The notes: generated by a model from the sequence alone, not told the origin. Positions 11,781-26,353 are shown, counted from the stretch's first letter. The stretch: DNA of 64,000 nt from Macrostomum lignano (GCA_002269645.1 NIVC01000173.1:496001-560000); one strand, 5' to 3'. A program made the numbers and translations.

Positions 11781-13891
11781 TCAAAGCAGCTGGCAGCCGC
11801 AGCAGCAGGTCTGTGGGTACTCATCAGTGTGCACCTTCCTGTTGTCTCCGTACACAAAGAACTGAAACTCTTTGTCTTCCCACTGGCAGTCGCACTGGAA
11901 CACTGGCACTCCGCGAATCACGTGATTCTGCATCCAGATCCGACCGGTCTGGGCCAGCCCGCGGTGCTCCTGGACGATTCCAGCCGATTGGCTGTTGACC
12001 TGCGGCTCCGGGAACGACTGGATCGGGTTCAGCAGCGGCTGAGTGTCCTCGAACAGAGTCTGGTGAGACAGGTTTCAGATCTACTTGTAACATTTCGAAT
12101 TTAAAACACAAGTTTTAATTGACTTCGGTTTTGGCTGAAATCCTACAGGAGACTGGATATGCCGACAAAATTTCCGCAAATTTAAAGCTCTTCTATTCTT
12201 TCGACTCTACGGAGCGTATTTATTTTCAAGGAAGTATTTTTGGAAAGGCAAGATTCTTTTTCATCTGTTGTCGTGCATTCTAAAAAACTTCTAAAAAAGG
12301 TGCGTAATTTTGTATTTAGTGCCGAAATAAAAATCTTTTTAACGCTGATGCAGATTTATAACTTATATGGAGCGTTTAATACCTGTGGGGTTTGGTAAAT
12401 TGGTTGCTCAATATCCAGCAAAACACTCACCGTGCCCTCGACGTCTCGAATCAGATGATCCGGTAGAGCCGTTCTCTCCAGGATGAAATCTTTTACGTGA
12501 GTATTAAAAGTAGTCGTCATCTGCACAAAGCACTTCACCTGTCCGGTAGCCTGGCAGGTGGGACAAGTTACACGGCCCCTGCCGTGGCAGTGCAAGCAGC
12601 GGACTCGGCCCTGGCCGTTGCAGGAGGTGCAGCTCCTGCTACCATCGCCCACTCCGTGGTGTCCGGAGTCGTGGCACCAGCTGCATCGGGTGCGGCCCCA
12701 GCCCATACAGTGGTGGCACATGATCATAGTAGATCCACGACAGCCGTGGCAAACCCGCACAGAGGCGGTGTGCGGCACCTCGGTTTGAAGGGTCACGTCG
12801 TGAAACATTTCAGGCGTTTTAATCTGAAAAGAATTTTGGCATTGCAGATTTTTTTAATTTTCAAAGGAGTTACATGATAAATAAGTGGAATTTCTTTAGA
12901 AACTAACATGAATCGCCCAAGGAGACGGGGCTGGCCCATTCTGTGGCCCGTCAATCATTTGACCATGATACGGCTCGGAGGCCCAGTCAGTTGACCTAGT
13001 CTCCAGAAATGTCTTTAGCACGTAGTGCACCGCCGTAGTCTGTTGCAAACCATTGAACTTCATGTTCTGCGCTGCGCCCGTGCCCCAGCAGCACTTGGAT
13101 TCGGCCACAGCGACTAGAAGCTCTCTGGCCTCCTCCTCGGTTAAGTTGGCAGCTGAGGCAATCTGCTCGACTGAAGTGCCGCTGGTGGCTTCTTGGTACG
13201 ACGGTGGCGGCGGTACGAAATTCACATTCGGGGCTAACACTTCGTCATAGCCTGAAATGTATACAAAATGGGAATGAAAACTAAACCTCAGTCGTTGTAA
13301 TCTCGTTGTAACCTCATTAGTTCTTCATTTGGTTATGGAGATTTGAAATGTACGCATAAAGGTCAGTTCATAAATAACTGAAGTAGAAGGACGGCTACAC
13401 TCGATTTTTCTTAGTACTGAGTTGGAGGCCAATAAAAAACGCTTAAAAAATTGGCGCAATGGGGGTTGTTTGGTACACTGACCTGGAATTCTTTCCATAT
13501 CCTGAATCGGCGGAGCTGTAGGCACCGCCTGCTCCGGCGCAGCGCCTTTCCCGCCGTCCATTGGCATCTCGCCTTCTCCGACGGGATAAGGGCCCTTATA
13601 GGGGGCACCTCCCGGTGGCTTGGGCGGCGGTGCACCTCCGTACGATGGTCCAGGCTGTCCGTAGGGTGCTGCCCCAGGCTGTCCGTAGGGTGCTGCCCCA
13701 GGCTGTCCGTAGGGTGCTGCCCCAGGCTGTCCGTAGGGTGCCACCCTAGGCTGTCCGTAGGGTGTTGGTCCAGGCTGGTAGCTCGGCTGTCCAGCGTAAT
13801 ACTGCTGACCCTGTCCGGGTGGCCCCCCATACGGTCCTTGGTAGCCTTGAGATGGCGGCGGATAAGGGTGTGTCTGTCCGCTTGACTTCAT
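11781..13891 (-). CDS. SSUH2: SSUH2-like protein, cluster gene 2 (exons 13891-13483, 13251-12908, 12823-12431, 12059-11781)
   Basis: Same 4-exon layout and phases. PYGQPGAA repeats in exon 1, then PTAP, PPSY, KCCWG, six CxxC repeats, and C-terminal CCCGCQLL*. Confidence 0.92.
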
Positions 13892-14438
13892 CCTGAAAAG
13901 CTGCACAAGACGCGCAGATTCGTCTGTAACAATAAGACTAAGAAGACTTAAGTGACGCACGATAAGATTTCGGCGAGCTCTTTTGCTCTATACTTTAATA
14001 TTATATCTACTGCCGATAAGCAGTTAACACACTAAATGCAAAATTAAATGAGCGAAGCGACTTAAGCAAATGGAAAGTAAGAAGAAGGTTGACAGTACGT
14101 ACTGTGGGCGCGTACCGTGAGCCTCTGCACGATAGTGGGTAGGGTTGAGTGCGCAGGGCAGAAAAGGTAAAAATTTATATACCTGAATTCGTTGCAAAAG
14201 TTCGCTTTTACACGAGGCCAGATTAAACTGCGTTGGCCCTGGCGCTGTACGTTAAAGAACTGCGATAAGAATGTACACTTAGCAACATGTACATTCCACT
14301 CCACTTCAAGTTTCCACTCCGAAACCAGTGGCAAACTTTTCTCAGATATCTGCCACAAATGACGCAATTCACACCAACTGTGGCTGGCTTTCGTCTTAAC
14401 AGTTTGTGATCGAATTTTCAGAAAAAGCACAGAATTAA

Positions 14439-14565
14439 GACTCGTTCACACCGCCATCAAATTTGGCCAGTTTTCGTTTGATCACACAACTTGTACATCA
14501 AATTTGATTATTTTGTACGATGGTACATTGGTCGATGACTCATTTGCCGGCAGTTTGAATGAGCC
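14439..14565. mobile_element. Small degenerate MITE (Harbinger-like)
   Basis: Imperfect terminal inverted repeats gactcgttcacaccgccatcaaat / atttgccggcagtttgaatgagcc, flanked by taa / tta. Confidence 0.4.
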
Positions 14566-14974
14566 TTAATGGCTAGAGTTGGATTAAAACTTCCACTTGC
14601 TGACTAATACTGGTTTCGAGGCGGAAACTTAAACCTGCCAAGTGTGAATCTAAATTTAGTAGCAGAAGATTAAGTTCTGTTTATACGGAAGTTCGTTTTA
14701 AGATTTTTATCAACGCACTGAAGCTTGAATATTTTAGCTTTATTAGTAAGATCAGTCAAGTATTCGAAACTGACTGTCAATAACGACGGGAAAGCACTAT
14801 GCATTGTTTGTGAATAAACGCTGCAAAATGCAAGCGCGCACTTACACATTAGAGCAAGCAGCAAGCAGCTTTGAATTAACAGTAGGAATGCCAAACCATT
14901 TTTCCTCACATCGAACTACCAGGGGGGCGTAGTTCCCCTTTGACAATTGTTTTGCTGCGCCGGAACGGAGCAAT

Positions 14975-15150
14975 GCAGGCACACGAAATTCCAGAACATG
15001 GGGTTAAATTTTGTTGCGCACCTTCTCAAACAATAACCAAGTCGCCAGCACTCTGGACCGTCGAGATATTCAACGATATTCAACCATAAGTGCTAGTGTA
15101 TTCAGTACACCCTGTCCCTGTGCGCCAATCAGCACTGCGCCTCAGTACCA
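14975..15150. repeat. Interspersed repeat of unknown class, copy 1 (copy 2 at about 27330-27510)
   Basis: gcaggcacacgaaattc...gcaccttctcaa...cgtcgagatat...ctagtgtattca aligns between the two sites. Confidence 0.65.
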
Positions 15151-16727
15151 CCTTGCCAAGCCTCCAAAGTTCATCAGCACGACGACCACATGTGTTTGCA
15201 TTGGCTCTGACTTCGTTGGTCACTGGACTTCCCCTGGACGGTTGTCATTCAGACGCTGTCAGAACCTGACCGAAAGATGCTAACCATGTTATTGATTTGT
15301 CGGTTGCTTCTGCTTAAATCGAATGCGGGTTTTCGACCCCCAATGTTAAAGACAGTTTATAGCCAAACTATCGACAGTTTGAAACATCACCCATAGACAA
15401 CTAAAAACATCACGACTGGAAACTGCACCCTCAGACATGTTGGCTGTATCTTATCCTAGACACCCCTGGCTAGACTTTACAGAATCCTCGATTGAAACCA
15501 GATCCAATTCCTGCCGATTCATCAGATCGTTATATTAGACGCTCATTCTTTAGTGCTCAAAAGCACTCGCAGATGTTCTGACAAATATCGATTACTTGTC
15601 TCTAAGTCTTCAGTCATCAAGCCGGATACAAATTCACCAGAAAAAATGGTACACTTGGGCATTTTCAATTTCGCATTACTTGGCGCAAGCTCTAAAGAAA
15701 ATCTTTGGAGAAATCTCTCCCAGGTGACTGTTGTTTTCAGTCAGAGATTGTCTATGCTCTAGGAAGCCAGCCAACGGCAGGGTGTCAGAATGCCATAAAC
15801 CATTTTGCGGACGATTTGTCTATGGCACAACTCCAGTACTAACTGTGTCGATGTATTTATTCATCCAGCAAAACGTTTTATTATTATATGAACGAACGGG
15901 TGATCCTAAGAACCTCAGCTTTCCTTCTCTTCTTTTAAGACTGATTTATTCCTGCACAGTAACGAGTGCGGGAATGACATCTGCACGAGTGCGCGCTAGC
16001 GCACGAGTGCACGATGTCCTTCACGCACGAGTGAACGTGAAGGAATTCCATTGTCGGATGATTCATCGTGCAGGAATGCACAAAACCGTGCAGGAATGCA
16101 TTTCTGCGCCTAATGCTTTTTCAGTGAGATTTTACCATAGACATCCATTCCTGCACGCAAAAGAGTGCAAGAATGCCATTCTTGCATGGAAAATCAGCCG
16201 ACAATGGCTATGCCATTGCCACTTTAAATTGTAAATCCAACATATAAATACAAGTTGCGACAAGGTTCAAATCACAATAGCAACGTTAAATTTTTCATCA
16301 CATACAAAGGCTCGGTTGACTATAAACAATGATTCAGCTAGTTTGTGGATAGAAAAAGTCGGAATATTTTATGGCGGCTGTGTCGTAGTTTAAAGATCAT
16401 ATTATTATTCAGATTAGGAAATTACTCTGCAAGTCAGTTTATTTTACGAACAGTTTAGAAAATTAAAACACCACTGGACTGCTTTTTGCAGCCTTGCGAA
16501 AACAAAGCATTTATGACAAAATAGTTTCATAAATTCGTCTTTAAAGCTTTCTTCTCTAAGGTTTCTTCTATTGCAAGTAATAAGTTGGATAATTTACGGC
16601 GATTAGGAATTTAAATTACTTCTGAAGTGCATGCAGTGCGGATTAATAAATAGTTAGCCACAGAAACTTTATTTCAATGAAATCGTCCTTTTTAAGTGGT
16701 TAAGAAAAAATAAATCGGATTTCTCAT

Positions 16728-19143
16728 TCAAAGCAGCTGACATCCGCAGCAGCAGGTCTGCGGGTAGCCATCAGTGTGCAAAGTCCTGTTGTCTCCGTAC
16801 ACGAAGAACTGAAACTCTTTGTCTTTCCACTGACAGTCGCACTGGAACACTGGCACTCCGCGAATCACGTGATTCTGCATCCAGATCCGACCGGTTTTGG
16901 CCAGCACGCGATGCTCCTGGATCAGGCTGGCGGATGCTGCATTGACCTGCTGCTCCGGGCAGGACTGAATCGGATTCAGCAGCGGCTGTGTTTCGTTGAA
17001 TAGAGTCTGCTTGGCGGAGTTTGCGTGATTCAATTGTGACCGGTTGTAAATGGTCCGTCCAGGAGCTAAAACTCTAAGGACCGCCCGTTGGTTGTACAAC
17101 GGGTCTAAATTGGATAGACACGTGATATTCAAGTGCATTTAGGTGGAACTTGATGGGAAACCACGCAATAATACTTCAAAGTAACTGCTGCAAGGTGGCT
17201 AGGGGGTGTGACAGCCGGCCCAGCACTCTTTCGCCTTCTCCAAACTTACTTTCTGGATTCCTAGTCTACCGTAGACTAAACTTCTCAGACGATATCCAGA
17301 GTTATCATCTAACACCACCTAGACTCAAAGGACTGACAAGGAAACCTCCTTTTTGAATCCAGCCTAGATCCGAATATCCCGGTCTAACTCAGAGATCACC
17401 TAAAGACACACGTCAAGATATCGAAATACAACAGTATCGATAAGTAGCCTGTTATGTAAAAGTAGGCTCTCCTTTTCACTGAATTACTTTATACAATTGC
17501 CTTTTTGACATCTGTTTGAAATTGTAATTAATTAAAGAAGCTGTAGAAATAAAACAACCCTGGCAAAACTTCTATCAAGGAATAGGGTTGATTGCTCAGA
17601 CTCATGAGTAACTCACGGCTCCTGGAACGTTCCGAATGAGCTCGTCCGGCAGAGGCGTCTGTTCTAAGATAAAATCCTTCGTGTGAGTCTTGAACATTGT
17701 TGTCAGCTGGACGAAGCACTTTACCTGACCGGCGGCCTCGCACACTGGGCACGGGATGCGACCGTGACCTCGGCAATTGAAGCAGGTTCGCTTCCCGCTG
17801 CCGCCGCAGGAAAGGCATTGCCTGCGGTTGTCGCCAACTCCTTTCACACCCTTTCCCCTGCAGCTATTGCAACGAGTTCGACCAAAGCCTCCACAGCGCA
17901 AGCACATGACAAAGGTCGCGCCCATGCAGTAGTGGCAGGTCCGCACGCTGGCTGTGTGCGGCACCTCACACTGCATCCGGGCGTCGCGAAACATCTCTGG
18001 TTGCTGCACCTAAACGGGGTCCAGAAATGTTGCGAAAGCTCCTATAGGTTTTGCAGAATAGGAAACTACAGGACGTACTACTTTAATCAGTAGGTTTAAA
18101 CTATAGCAGCGTCTTTACGAGCGTATGACGCACCAAAAGCCTGTAGGAGACACCGCCAGCAACCCATGAGGTCAGCTAGCAAGCGAAGGTTAACTACATT
18201 TATGAATTTACACGAAGGTACACTTTTCTTACTGTAGCTAACACTAGCTTGTAAATACGATAGTATACACAGAATACAAAAGAAAAGTAAAAATTGCAAC
18301 TGAACTTTGACCCACATGAATATCCCACGGCGCAGGTGCTTGTCCGTTCTGCGGACCATCGACCGGCTGACCCTTGAAGGGCACCGAGGCCCACTCGGTT
18401 GACCTAGTCTCTACGAAAGTCCTCAGAACGTAGTGCACAGCCGTGCTCTTCTGCAGACTGCTGATTGTCATACCCTCGGCGGCGCCCTTGCCCCAGCAGC
18501 ACTTGGACTTCGCTTCTGCCACTAGAAGCGCCCGAGCCTCGTCTTCAGTGAGGCTTTTGTTCGAAATCCACCTATCTACGCTTGCACCCTGGGTGGCCTC
18601 CTGATACGATGGAGGCGGAGGCGTCACATGAGTCACGTTGGGCTTTACGATTTCCTCGTATCCTGTTGGGAGCAAGCGGTGTCATTATGGTGTCCGCAGA
18701 AATTTTCTACGAAAGTGCTGCTGTCTTAAAGCGCTAATACGAGTACAAAGCGCTAACAGACTTCATCGCTTATAAAATATTATCGTCATTAAGGGATCTT
18801 TTCAGTACTTATTTCCCCTTCAAACACTGGCGTCGATATACGAATTTAACATTAACGATGAAGACAGTTTGCTCTGGTGACAAATTTTCTCTGCTGACAT
18901 ATAGCGGTGGAGACAGTAGCGGTGATTTCATAAGCTCCAAACTTCACAAGATCGAAATTTATAAAAGATTGAAAAATCTTCCAAGCAAACCCACTCAGCA
19001 TTTAACTTATTACCTTTGATTCGCTCCATCTCCTGTATCGGCGGCGCGGAAGGATCTGCCATCTGCTGTGATGAGTCATCGAATGGCATTTCCCCTTCTC
19101 CTTGGGCGGCGGGCTGTACCTGAGACGGCTTGCTAGGCTGCAT
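16728..19143 (-). CDS. SSUH2: SSUH2-like protein, cluster gene 3 (exons 19143-19014, 18662-18316, 18009-17617, 17006-16728)
   Basis: Same layout, with PSAP, PPSY, KSKCCWG, CxxC repeats and CCCGCQLL*. The start ATG at 19143 is uncertain. Confidence 0.9.
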
Positions 19144-19749
19144 TGTCTTGCGCTGTTCTACGGCTCCTACACGCGTGTATGGGGGAAGGCGCAAATGAGT
19201 TTGCAAGGTTACCTTAGACTCTAAGGCTTAGAGTTTTTAAAACAGAATGAAAACGCAAATTGCTTAGCTATGTAAATATGCCATCACTATAGAAACCTTG
19301 CACTCGGTGATGCACTCACTCGCTCGCAGAGCCCACGGCCACTTGAGAGCTGTGCAGTAAGCCTGCCTCTTCAGCAAAAGAAATAAATCGAGTTCTTGAA
19401 GGAGAGATGGAAAGCGAGCCAGCCAACAAACCTTGTGAAGAGCAGCCTTGTGAAATTATTTCTACTCAATAGTGTTGCACACTATTCTACCTGGCACCCT
19501 GCGCTCTTGTCTATTTCTAATGTACATCGAATTAGTGTACACTCATAATACTCAAGTGCACGATAAGTTGCTCTCGGAGCGAACCCTTAATGGCTCTCAA
19601 ATGGATGAATCGTATTCAATGTCCAAATCAATGTATATTCAGAAAATTCTCATGGCTTCGCGTCGATTGCTAAATTGACGTCGAAGCAAACAACAACAAC
19701 AAAATAACAAAAAGCCCCGCATGCAAAGTCACAGTTACGAGTAGAGAGC

Positions 19750-20590
19750 AGGGTGCGTCAGATGGCGTGCCGTAGAGCCTAAGAGCGGACGAAGTCCGCT
19801 CCGTTAGCAGTGTCAGGTGCCCCAGCGTTGCACAGCAGGCAGTCTACGTATCGACGGGTTTGGGCCTGACCCCGCCTGAACAGACCCTGCAAGGTGAGCA
19901 GTAGGACGTCCTAAACAGGTTGGCGGCAGTAGCCCTCAACTGGATCACGTGGCCCGCCAGTTGAAGTCGCTGCCGGCGCAGGATGACGAACGGGAGCTGC
20001 AGCTTGGCCCGATCGCACAGGGCCTCGGTCCCGACGCTCTAGTCAAGTCGAAAGGCCGCACGGAGCAGCCCTGAGTGCGCCGAGTCCAACTGACGCTCCA
20101 GCGTAGTCGTCAGCGTCCACGTCTCGGTATAGGACTGTTTCGACCACCGCCTGCCACAGCCGAGCCCTCTGGCGGTCGGGCAGCGCTTCGGACTGGAGGA
20201 CGGCCCGGATTGAACGGAAGGTCATCAAGGAAAGTCTTCTGCGCCGTCAGAGGTCTTCCTCCACGTGGGGCACCAGACCGCCGAGGTAGGTGAACCGCTT
20301 GCAGCGTGTGAGCTTGGTCATCTGCCCGTCTGCGCCGCGGCACGTCAGGTCCGCTGTGATGTCGACCGGCACAGTCAGCACCTCGGTCTTCAGCGTGTTG
20401 ATAACCAGACCGACGCTCGATGCCACCTCAACCAGCCTGTCGATCTGGCGCTGGGCGCCTTCAACGGACGAGGACATGAGGCCGAGGTCGTCGGCGTAGC
20501 CAAGTACGCTCAGGTGCTTTTCACCGTGGCGGCGATCGATGCGTCTGTGCAGCAGGAAGCCGTGGTCAGCCGAGGGTCGAAGCAAAGAAA
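19750..20590 (-). mobile_element. 5'-truncated, frameshifted RTE-type non-LTR retrotransposon (RT C-terminus)
   Basis: LGYADDLGLMSSS...GLVINTLKTEVL...FTYLGG, followed by VVETVLY and LAGHVI motifs in shifted frames. Confidence 0.85.
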
Positions 20591-20679
20591 TTGATGTCGA
20601 ACTGCAACTGCCCCCATCCGAGCTGTTTGATGTCAGCTATGATCCCCACACTCTCAAATCGCGTTGGGAAGACTAGTCA

Positions 20680-21670
20680 TCACAATTCTTGTGCTTCATC
20701 CAGACCGTAGGAGTCAAGAGCCCCCCGCAGCATAGGCAAGTTCTGCTCTATAGTTCTCTTTTGCAAAGAACTCACCGGACTGTACAAACAGCTGAGCAAC
20801 ACAGGAGACACCATCGAGCCACTCATCAAAGCATTCAAGGATCCTTCACCAATCGCAACAGTATCGTGTTCTCCAGGTACGTGTTCGGCAACTGCGTGCA
20901 GCAGCACGATCTGAGCATCGACAAGTGGGGTCAGCCGACTGTAAAAGGCTACAGCGAGCTGTGAACTCACGGGTCTGCGCGTTTCCTTAATTCGCGATCA
21001 GATCGTCGCCGGATGCCACTCGGAACAGCTCAGACAACGGTCGCTCCAGACTTCCAACATCGGGCTCCAGGATTTTCCGGGTCTATGACGTTGCAAAATA
21101 CCAATCAGCCGCTATGGAGTCGCGTCGCGAAGAGGCTGTCAATCTTTTGGGTTGCTCAAGATGTGAGAAAATTGACGGGTCATCTTTCAGACCCAAGAAT
21201 CGGAAAACGTGCTACCGATGCAACGAATTCGAGCCAAGGACTACTAAACAACACCTTTAGTTATTTAGTAGTCCTTGATTCAAGCAACAAACCAGGACAC
21301 TTTGCCAAGGCCTGCATGTCCAAGCGTCACTCAGGAGACCACGTACACATCTCCGATGATCAAAGGCTGCAGACAGGACCCGGAGAGCTTCAGCAGTCTA
21401 CCGAGCGACGATGAGGTGTTCTGTCTGACCACCGACGAACTGCCGCTATTAACAGTCTCAATCAACGGCAATCGACTAGAGGCCCTTATCGACCATGGCG
21501 ACAGCTACAATATCATTGACGTGGCGACATTTTAAAAGAATCAAACGATCAATCAATTAAGATTGCTAAAACTCCACTTCAGTGTCTGCGAGAAAATGAC
21601 ATGGTGTACTTCACCGAGGTTCGCATCCAGGGCATCACCATGAAAATTCGTATCGGAGAAAGATGCATCC
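20680..21670 (+). mobile_element. Degenerate Ty3/Gypsy-like LTR retrotransposon gag-protease remnant
   Basis: Gag-like NSIVFSRYVF...LIRDQIV, zinc-knuckle remnant KPGHFAKACMSK and protease-like SINGNRLEALIDHGDSYNII, broken by stops and frameshifts. Confidence 0.65.
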
Positions 21671-22403
21671 TATTCTTCCTTGCGCTCTGCACCCTTGTCT
21701 ATTTCTAATGTGTATCGAATTATTGAATTGTAAATTTACAATGCTCGAGCGCACGTTGCGTCTGGAAGCAAACCCATTGTGTTATTTTTCTTATGCTTTT
21801 TCTTATGAACAATTTAAAAAGAAACCTGAAAAGCTTTTTCTAAGAAGACTTGAGCAACGTCCTGAATTTCCAAAGTTCCAAACATCTGCATGCATACGAA
21901 AAGTTGGAGAACACTGGCTAATAAACTCAGACATTGATGAGCACCTGTTAATGTGTAAAAGCTGTTGCGATGTTGAACAACAGCTAGACCTTGTAATTGC
22001 GACAAAAAACTCAACCTAATAGAGGCCATGCGCGTAAAGGCTCAAAACCAACTTTGGATAATCAGCTTTGAACAATCAAAACTTAGAATAATAAAAATAA
22101 ATAAACGACTACACTGGGAGGACTTGGCCCGGCACCAGATAGTTTTTAAGATTTTCAGAGACAGAAGAATAAGCTCAAAGAAGTAGCTCGTATACAATCG
22201 ATAGGACAAACAAAAGCGTTAGAAGCCGTAGAATATGATGTTAAACGAAGGCCAAGAGAAAAATTAAAGTATTTAATAATTTAAAGCATTATTATTAGTA
22301 AAGAAAAAAAATCGTTTAAAAATATGGTCTGTAGAATCTAAGATAAACGTATAGCTGACCCATTTATTTGTTATGCAGCTGCCAGGACCACACAACAAAA
22401 GCG

Positions 22404-24172
22404 TTACAGCAGCTCGCATCCGCAGCAGCAGGTCTGTGGGTAATTCTCGATGTACACCTTCTTGTTGTCTCCGTACACGAAGTACTGGAACTGCTTGTCC
22501 TTCCACTGACAGTCGCACTGGAACACTGGCACTCCGCGAATCACGTGATTCTGCATCCAGATCCGACCGGTCTGGGCCAGCCCGCGGTGCTCCTGGATGA
22601 TGCTGGCAGACTGCTCATTGACCTCCTGTTCGGGGAACGACTGGATCGGGTTCAGCAGCGGCTGAGTGTCCTCGAACAGAGTCTGTATTTTTGAGAAAAA
22701 ATATTAACGGAAATTCGTTTATCCATAGCAGCATATGATTTAGAGTCAATGCTAGCTCGTACTGGCACACTGGATCAGCATTTACTCACTGCGCCTGTAA
22801 CATCTTTAATCAGATAATTCGGCAGTGCAGTCCTTTCCAGGATGAAATCGCGGACGTTCGTCTTAAAATTGACCGTCAGCTGGACGAAGCACTTCACCTG
22901 GCCGGTGGCCTCGCAGACCGGACACGGGACGCGACCGTTGCCACGACAGGGCATGCACCGACGCTTCCCAGAGCCGTGACACATGATGCAGCGTTTGCGA
23001 TTCTCGCCGAGTCCTTTTTCCCCAGAGCCGCGGCAGCTGAAGCAGCGGGTTTTGCCCCAGCCCCGGCAGCGCATGCACACCAGCAGCATCTGGCCGTGGC
23101 AAAAGTGGCACACTCGAACGGTGGCCGTGTGCGGAACCTCGCTGCGAAGGGTTCCATCGTGGAACATTGGTGGCATCTCAACCTGGTTGACAAAATTCCA
23201 TTAGATTGTAGCTTTAAGCTTGATCACAATTATAGATAGATGCAACCACTTGCCTAATGGCTGTGGCTGCTTGCAGATGCGACAACAAGTTTGTTGACTG
23301 TTTGTTTTGACCCTCACTCACCTGAATCTCCCATGGAGCCGGTGCCTGGCCATTCTGCGGCCCGTCAACCATTTGACCTCGGAACGGCTCCGAGGTCCAG
23401 TCGGTTGACCTAGTCTCTAGAAAAGTTTTCAATGCGTAATGCACAGCCGTGCTTGACTGTAAACTATTGAAGCTCATACTCTCTGCTGCGCCCTGGCCCC
23501 AGCAGCATTTTGACTTGGCAACGCCGATGAGCAAGTCTCTGGCCTCCTCCTCGGTGAGCTTTGTAGCTGAATCGACTTTTTCGATAGACTCTCCACTGGT
23601 TGCTTCTTGATATGAGGGCGGCGGCGGTACGAATGTAACGCTAGGGGCCAGGAGATTGTCATAGCCTGCGATCGATTGATTTTACCGATCGGTTGACGTT
23701 TAGCGGGTCCTTTAAACATAAAAGTCTTGACTATTTCATCAACTTATAAGTCCCTACGTCTACGTGCAATCAAATTACAATGCACGAGCCTATCATCATA
23801 AGGGTGAAGCTTCGATCGGATGAAGGATTAAAATCTGGACCTTGAATTTGCTAAATTGAAGCTTGCTGTTCTTTTTAGTACAACTTTGTAGAGCTCTCCA
23901 GCTTATAGCTCGTATTTTACTACTTTTGGATCTCGAGTGCACCAGCAATCCGCATTCTCACCTTTGATCTTCTCCATCTCTTGAATGGGCGGCCCAGTAG
24001 CCTGAGCAGCTGGATTAGTAGCCGGATTCTCCTCTCCGTCATCGAAGGGCATTTCGCCTTCGCCAACTAAGTTCTCGTTGTACTCTTGACCGCCTGGAGG
24101 GGCGGTTGCAGCAGCTGATGAGCCATAATATGGATTAGGCGCCACTTGGTTTTGTCCAACGTTGGTAGACAT
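22404..24172 (-). CDS. SSUH2: SSUH2-like protein, cluster gene 4 (exons 24172-23962, 23665-23322, 23182-22790, 22682-22404)
   Basis: Same layout and phases, with GEGEMPFD, PPSY, KSKCCWG, CxxC repeats and CCCGCELL*. Confidence 0.92.
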
Positions 24173-24656
24173 GATTTAATAACCACAAATGAAAAAGATT
24201 TGAATTCGGTTTCTGTGACACAGCTTACTGTTCCTGCAGTTTGGTTTTCTCTGATATTGTTGACTCTTAAGGTCATTTATGTGCGTACGTTGGTTGTCAA
24301 TGGAAACGCTTGGCGGGGGGGTACGAAGGGGTTGGAGTGAGAAGTTTTCATGGCCCAACCTGTCTTTTCCTTCCCACCTGGGGTGCAGCCGCCCAATTCT
24401 GAACAGCCCTGAACTCTGAGGGCAGGGAATTACTCTGAGTGTACACTGTTGAGAAATTCGTACAGTAACTCAGATGGGGAGAACTTGTGGGAAAAGGACA
24501 GGGCACATAGGAGCACTGTTGTCGACACTGCATTGAATCCATGGAGTCAAGGGAATTTTATGAAAAAAGCTGTCTTGCTATTGGCATTCTGGTATTTTTT
24601 GTCATCAAAGCATCCAAGAGAATGTGGAGTGTTATACTCACTGAAGCATCCGTGAT

Positions 24657-25550
24657 AATGGAGAGCTGTACCCAATAAAGTATCAATGAGAATGGAGAGC
24701 TGTACCCAATAAGTATCAATGAGAATGGAGAGCTGTACCCAATAAAGTATCAATGAGAATGGAGAGCTGTACCCAATAAAGTATCAATGAGAATGGAGAG
24801 CTGTACCCAATAAAGTATCAATGAGAATGGAGAGCTGTACCCAATAAAGTATCAATGAGAATGGAGAGTGTACCCAATAAGTATCAATGAGAATGGAGAG
24901 CTGTACCAATAAAGTATCAATGAGAATGGAGAGTTGTACCCAATAAGTATCAATGAGAATGGAGAGCTGTACACAATAAAGTATCAATGAGAATGGAGAG
25001 CTGTACCCAATAAAGTGTCAATGAGAATGGAGAGCTGTACCCAATAAAGTATCAATGAGAATGGAGAGCTGTACCCAATAAAGTATCAATGAGAATGGAG
25101 AGCTGTACCCAATAAAGTATCAATGAGAATGGAGAGCTGTACCCAATAAAGTATCAATGAGAATGGAGAGCTGTACCCAATAAAGTATCAATGAGAATGG
25201 AGAGCTGTACCCAATAAAGTATCAATGAGAATGGAGAGCTGTACCCAATAAAGTATCAATGAGAATGGAGAGCTGTACCCAATAAAGTATCAATGAGAAT
25301 GGAGAGCTGTACCCAATAAATTATCAATGAGAATGGAGAGCTGTACCCAATAAAGTATCAATGAGAATGGAGAGCTGTACCCAATAAAGTATCAATGAGA
25401 ATGGAGAGCTGTACACAATAAAGTATCAATGAGAATGGAGAGCTGTACCCAATAAAGTATCAATGAGAATGGAGAGCTGTACCCAATAAAGTATCGATGA
25501 GAATGGAGAGTTGTACCCAATAAGTATCAATGAGAGTGGAGAGCTGTAAC
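24657..25550. repeat. 34-bp minisatellite, about 26 copies
   Basis: Head-to-tail unit gtatcaatgagaatggagagctgtacccaataaa with no spacers. Confidence 0.95.
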
Positions 25551-26353
25551 CCGAGCAACATCCGTGAATTTACAGAAATTGATGTTCTCATTCAAAAGCA
25601 TTTTTTATACTGGAGAGCTCGTGATTGTCTTTTGTATGCTCAAACAATCGGGAAAGAAAAAAGGTTTCCTTATATCTCTGTGTTATTTGGTTTATTTGTG
25701 TGCATTGTAAGTACGCATTGAGAATGGAGAGTTCTCAGGAATAAAGAACTTTATAGCTTATGGAATAGCAAAGTTATATATACCGTACGAAGGCATTAGC
25801 TGAAACCCCTCGAAAACATGAAAAGAAGGCTTCACAGTGCAATATCTGATAGAACGTCAACGATATAGATAGAATGCGCAATAGAACATTTGTGAATAAT
25901 ATTTTTAAAAGTTTGCTAGAAAAAAACGATAGCACAGAATCAATAGCTTTACAACAGCATAAAAATGATATTTTGATTTTGAGAAGCATTGAAAACCGGC
26001 ACCCCAGACAACATTGCGCCTGATTAACAGTCGGAAAACCTTGCGTCATCTGACTTTCTAATCATCCGGCATGTACACTCTCTGTGCTAGCTGGGGGTTG
26101 GCCCTCATAGTTGTGAATCCTACGTCAGACGCTCTGTCAGTTTTCATGCAGAAGCCTCAATTTAAATGAAAGTCAGACGCATTTCTCGCTGCCTCAACAC
26201 GCGCTGGAAAATAGGCATAAATTACTAGCTTAACGTAAAACGTTTGCATTGCAAGTTAATTGTAATATATATATCAGGTTTTTAAACAAGGCGAATTAAA
26301 TGTTCCTAGCAACTAAGCATTTGATTTAAAAAGCAGAATGAATAAAATATTCA

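Noticed and set aside
24657-25550. 34-bp repeat resembling a CRISPR direct repeat in length
   Set aside because: Units are head-to-tail with no unique spacers, there are no cas genes, and the context is eukaryotic.
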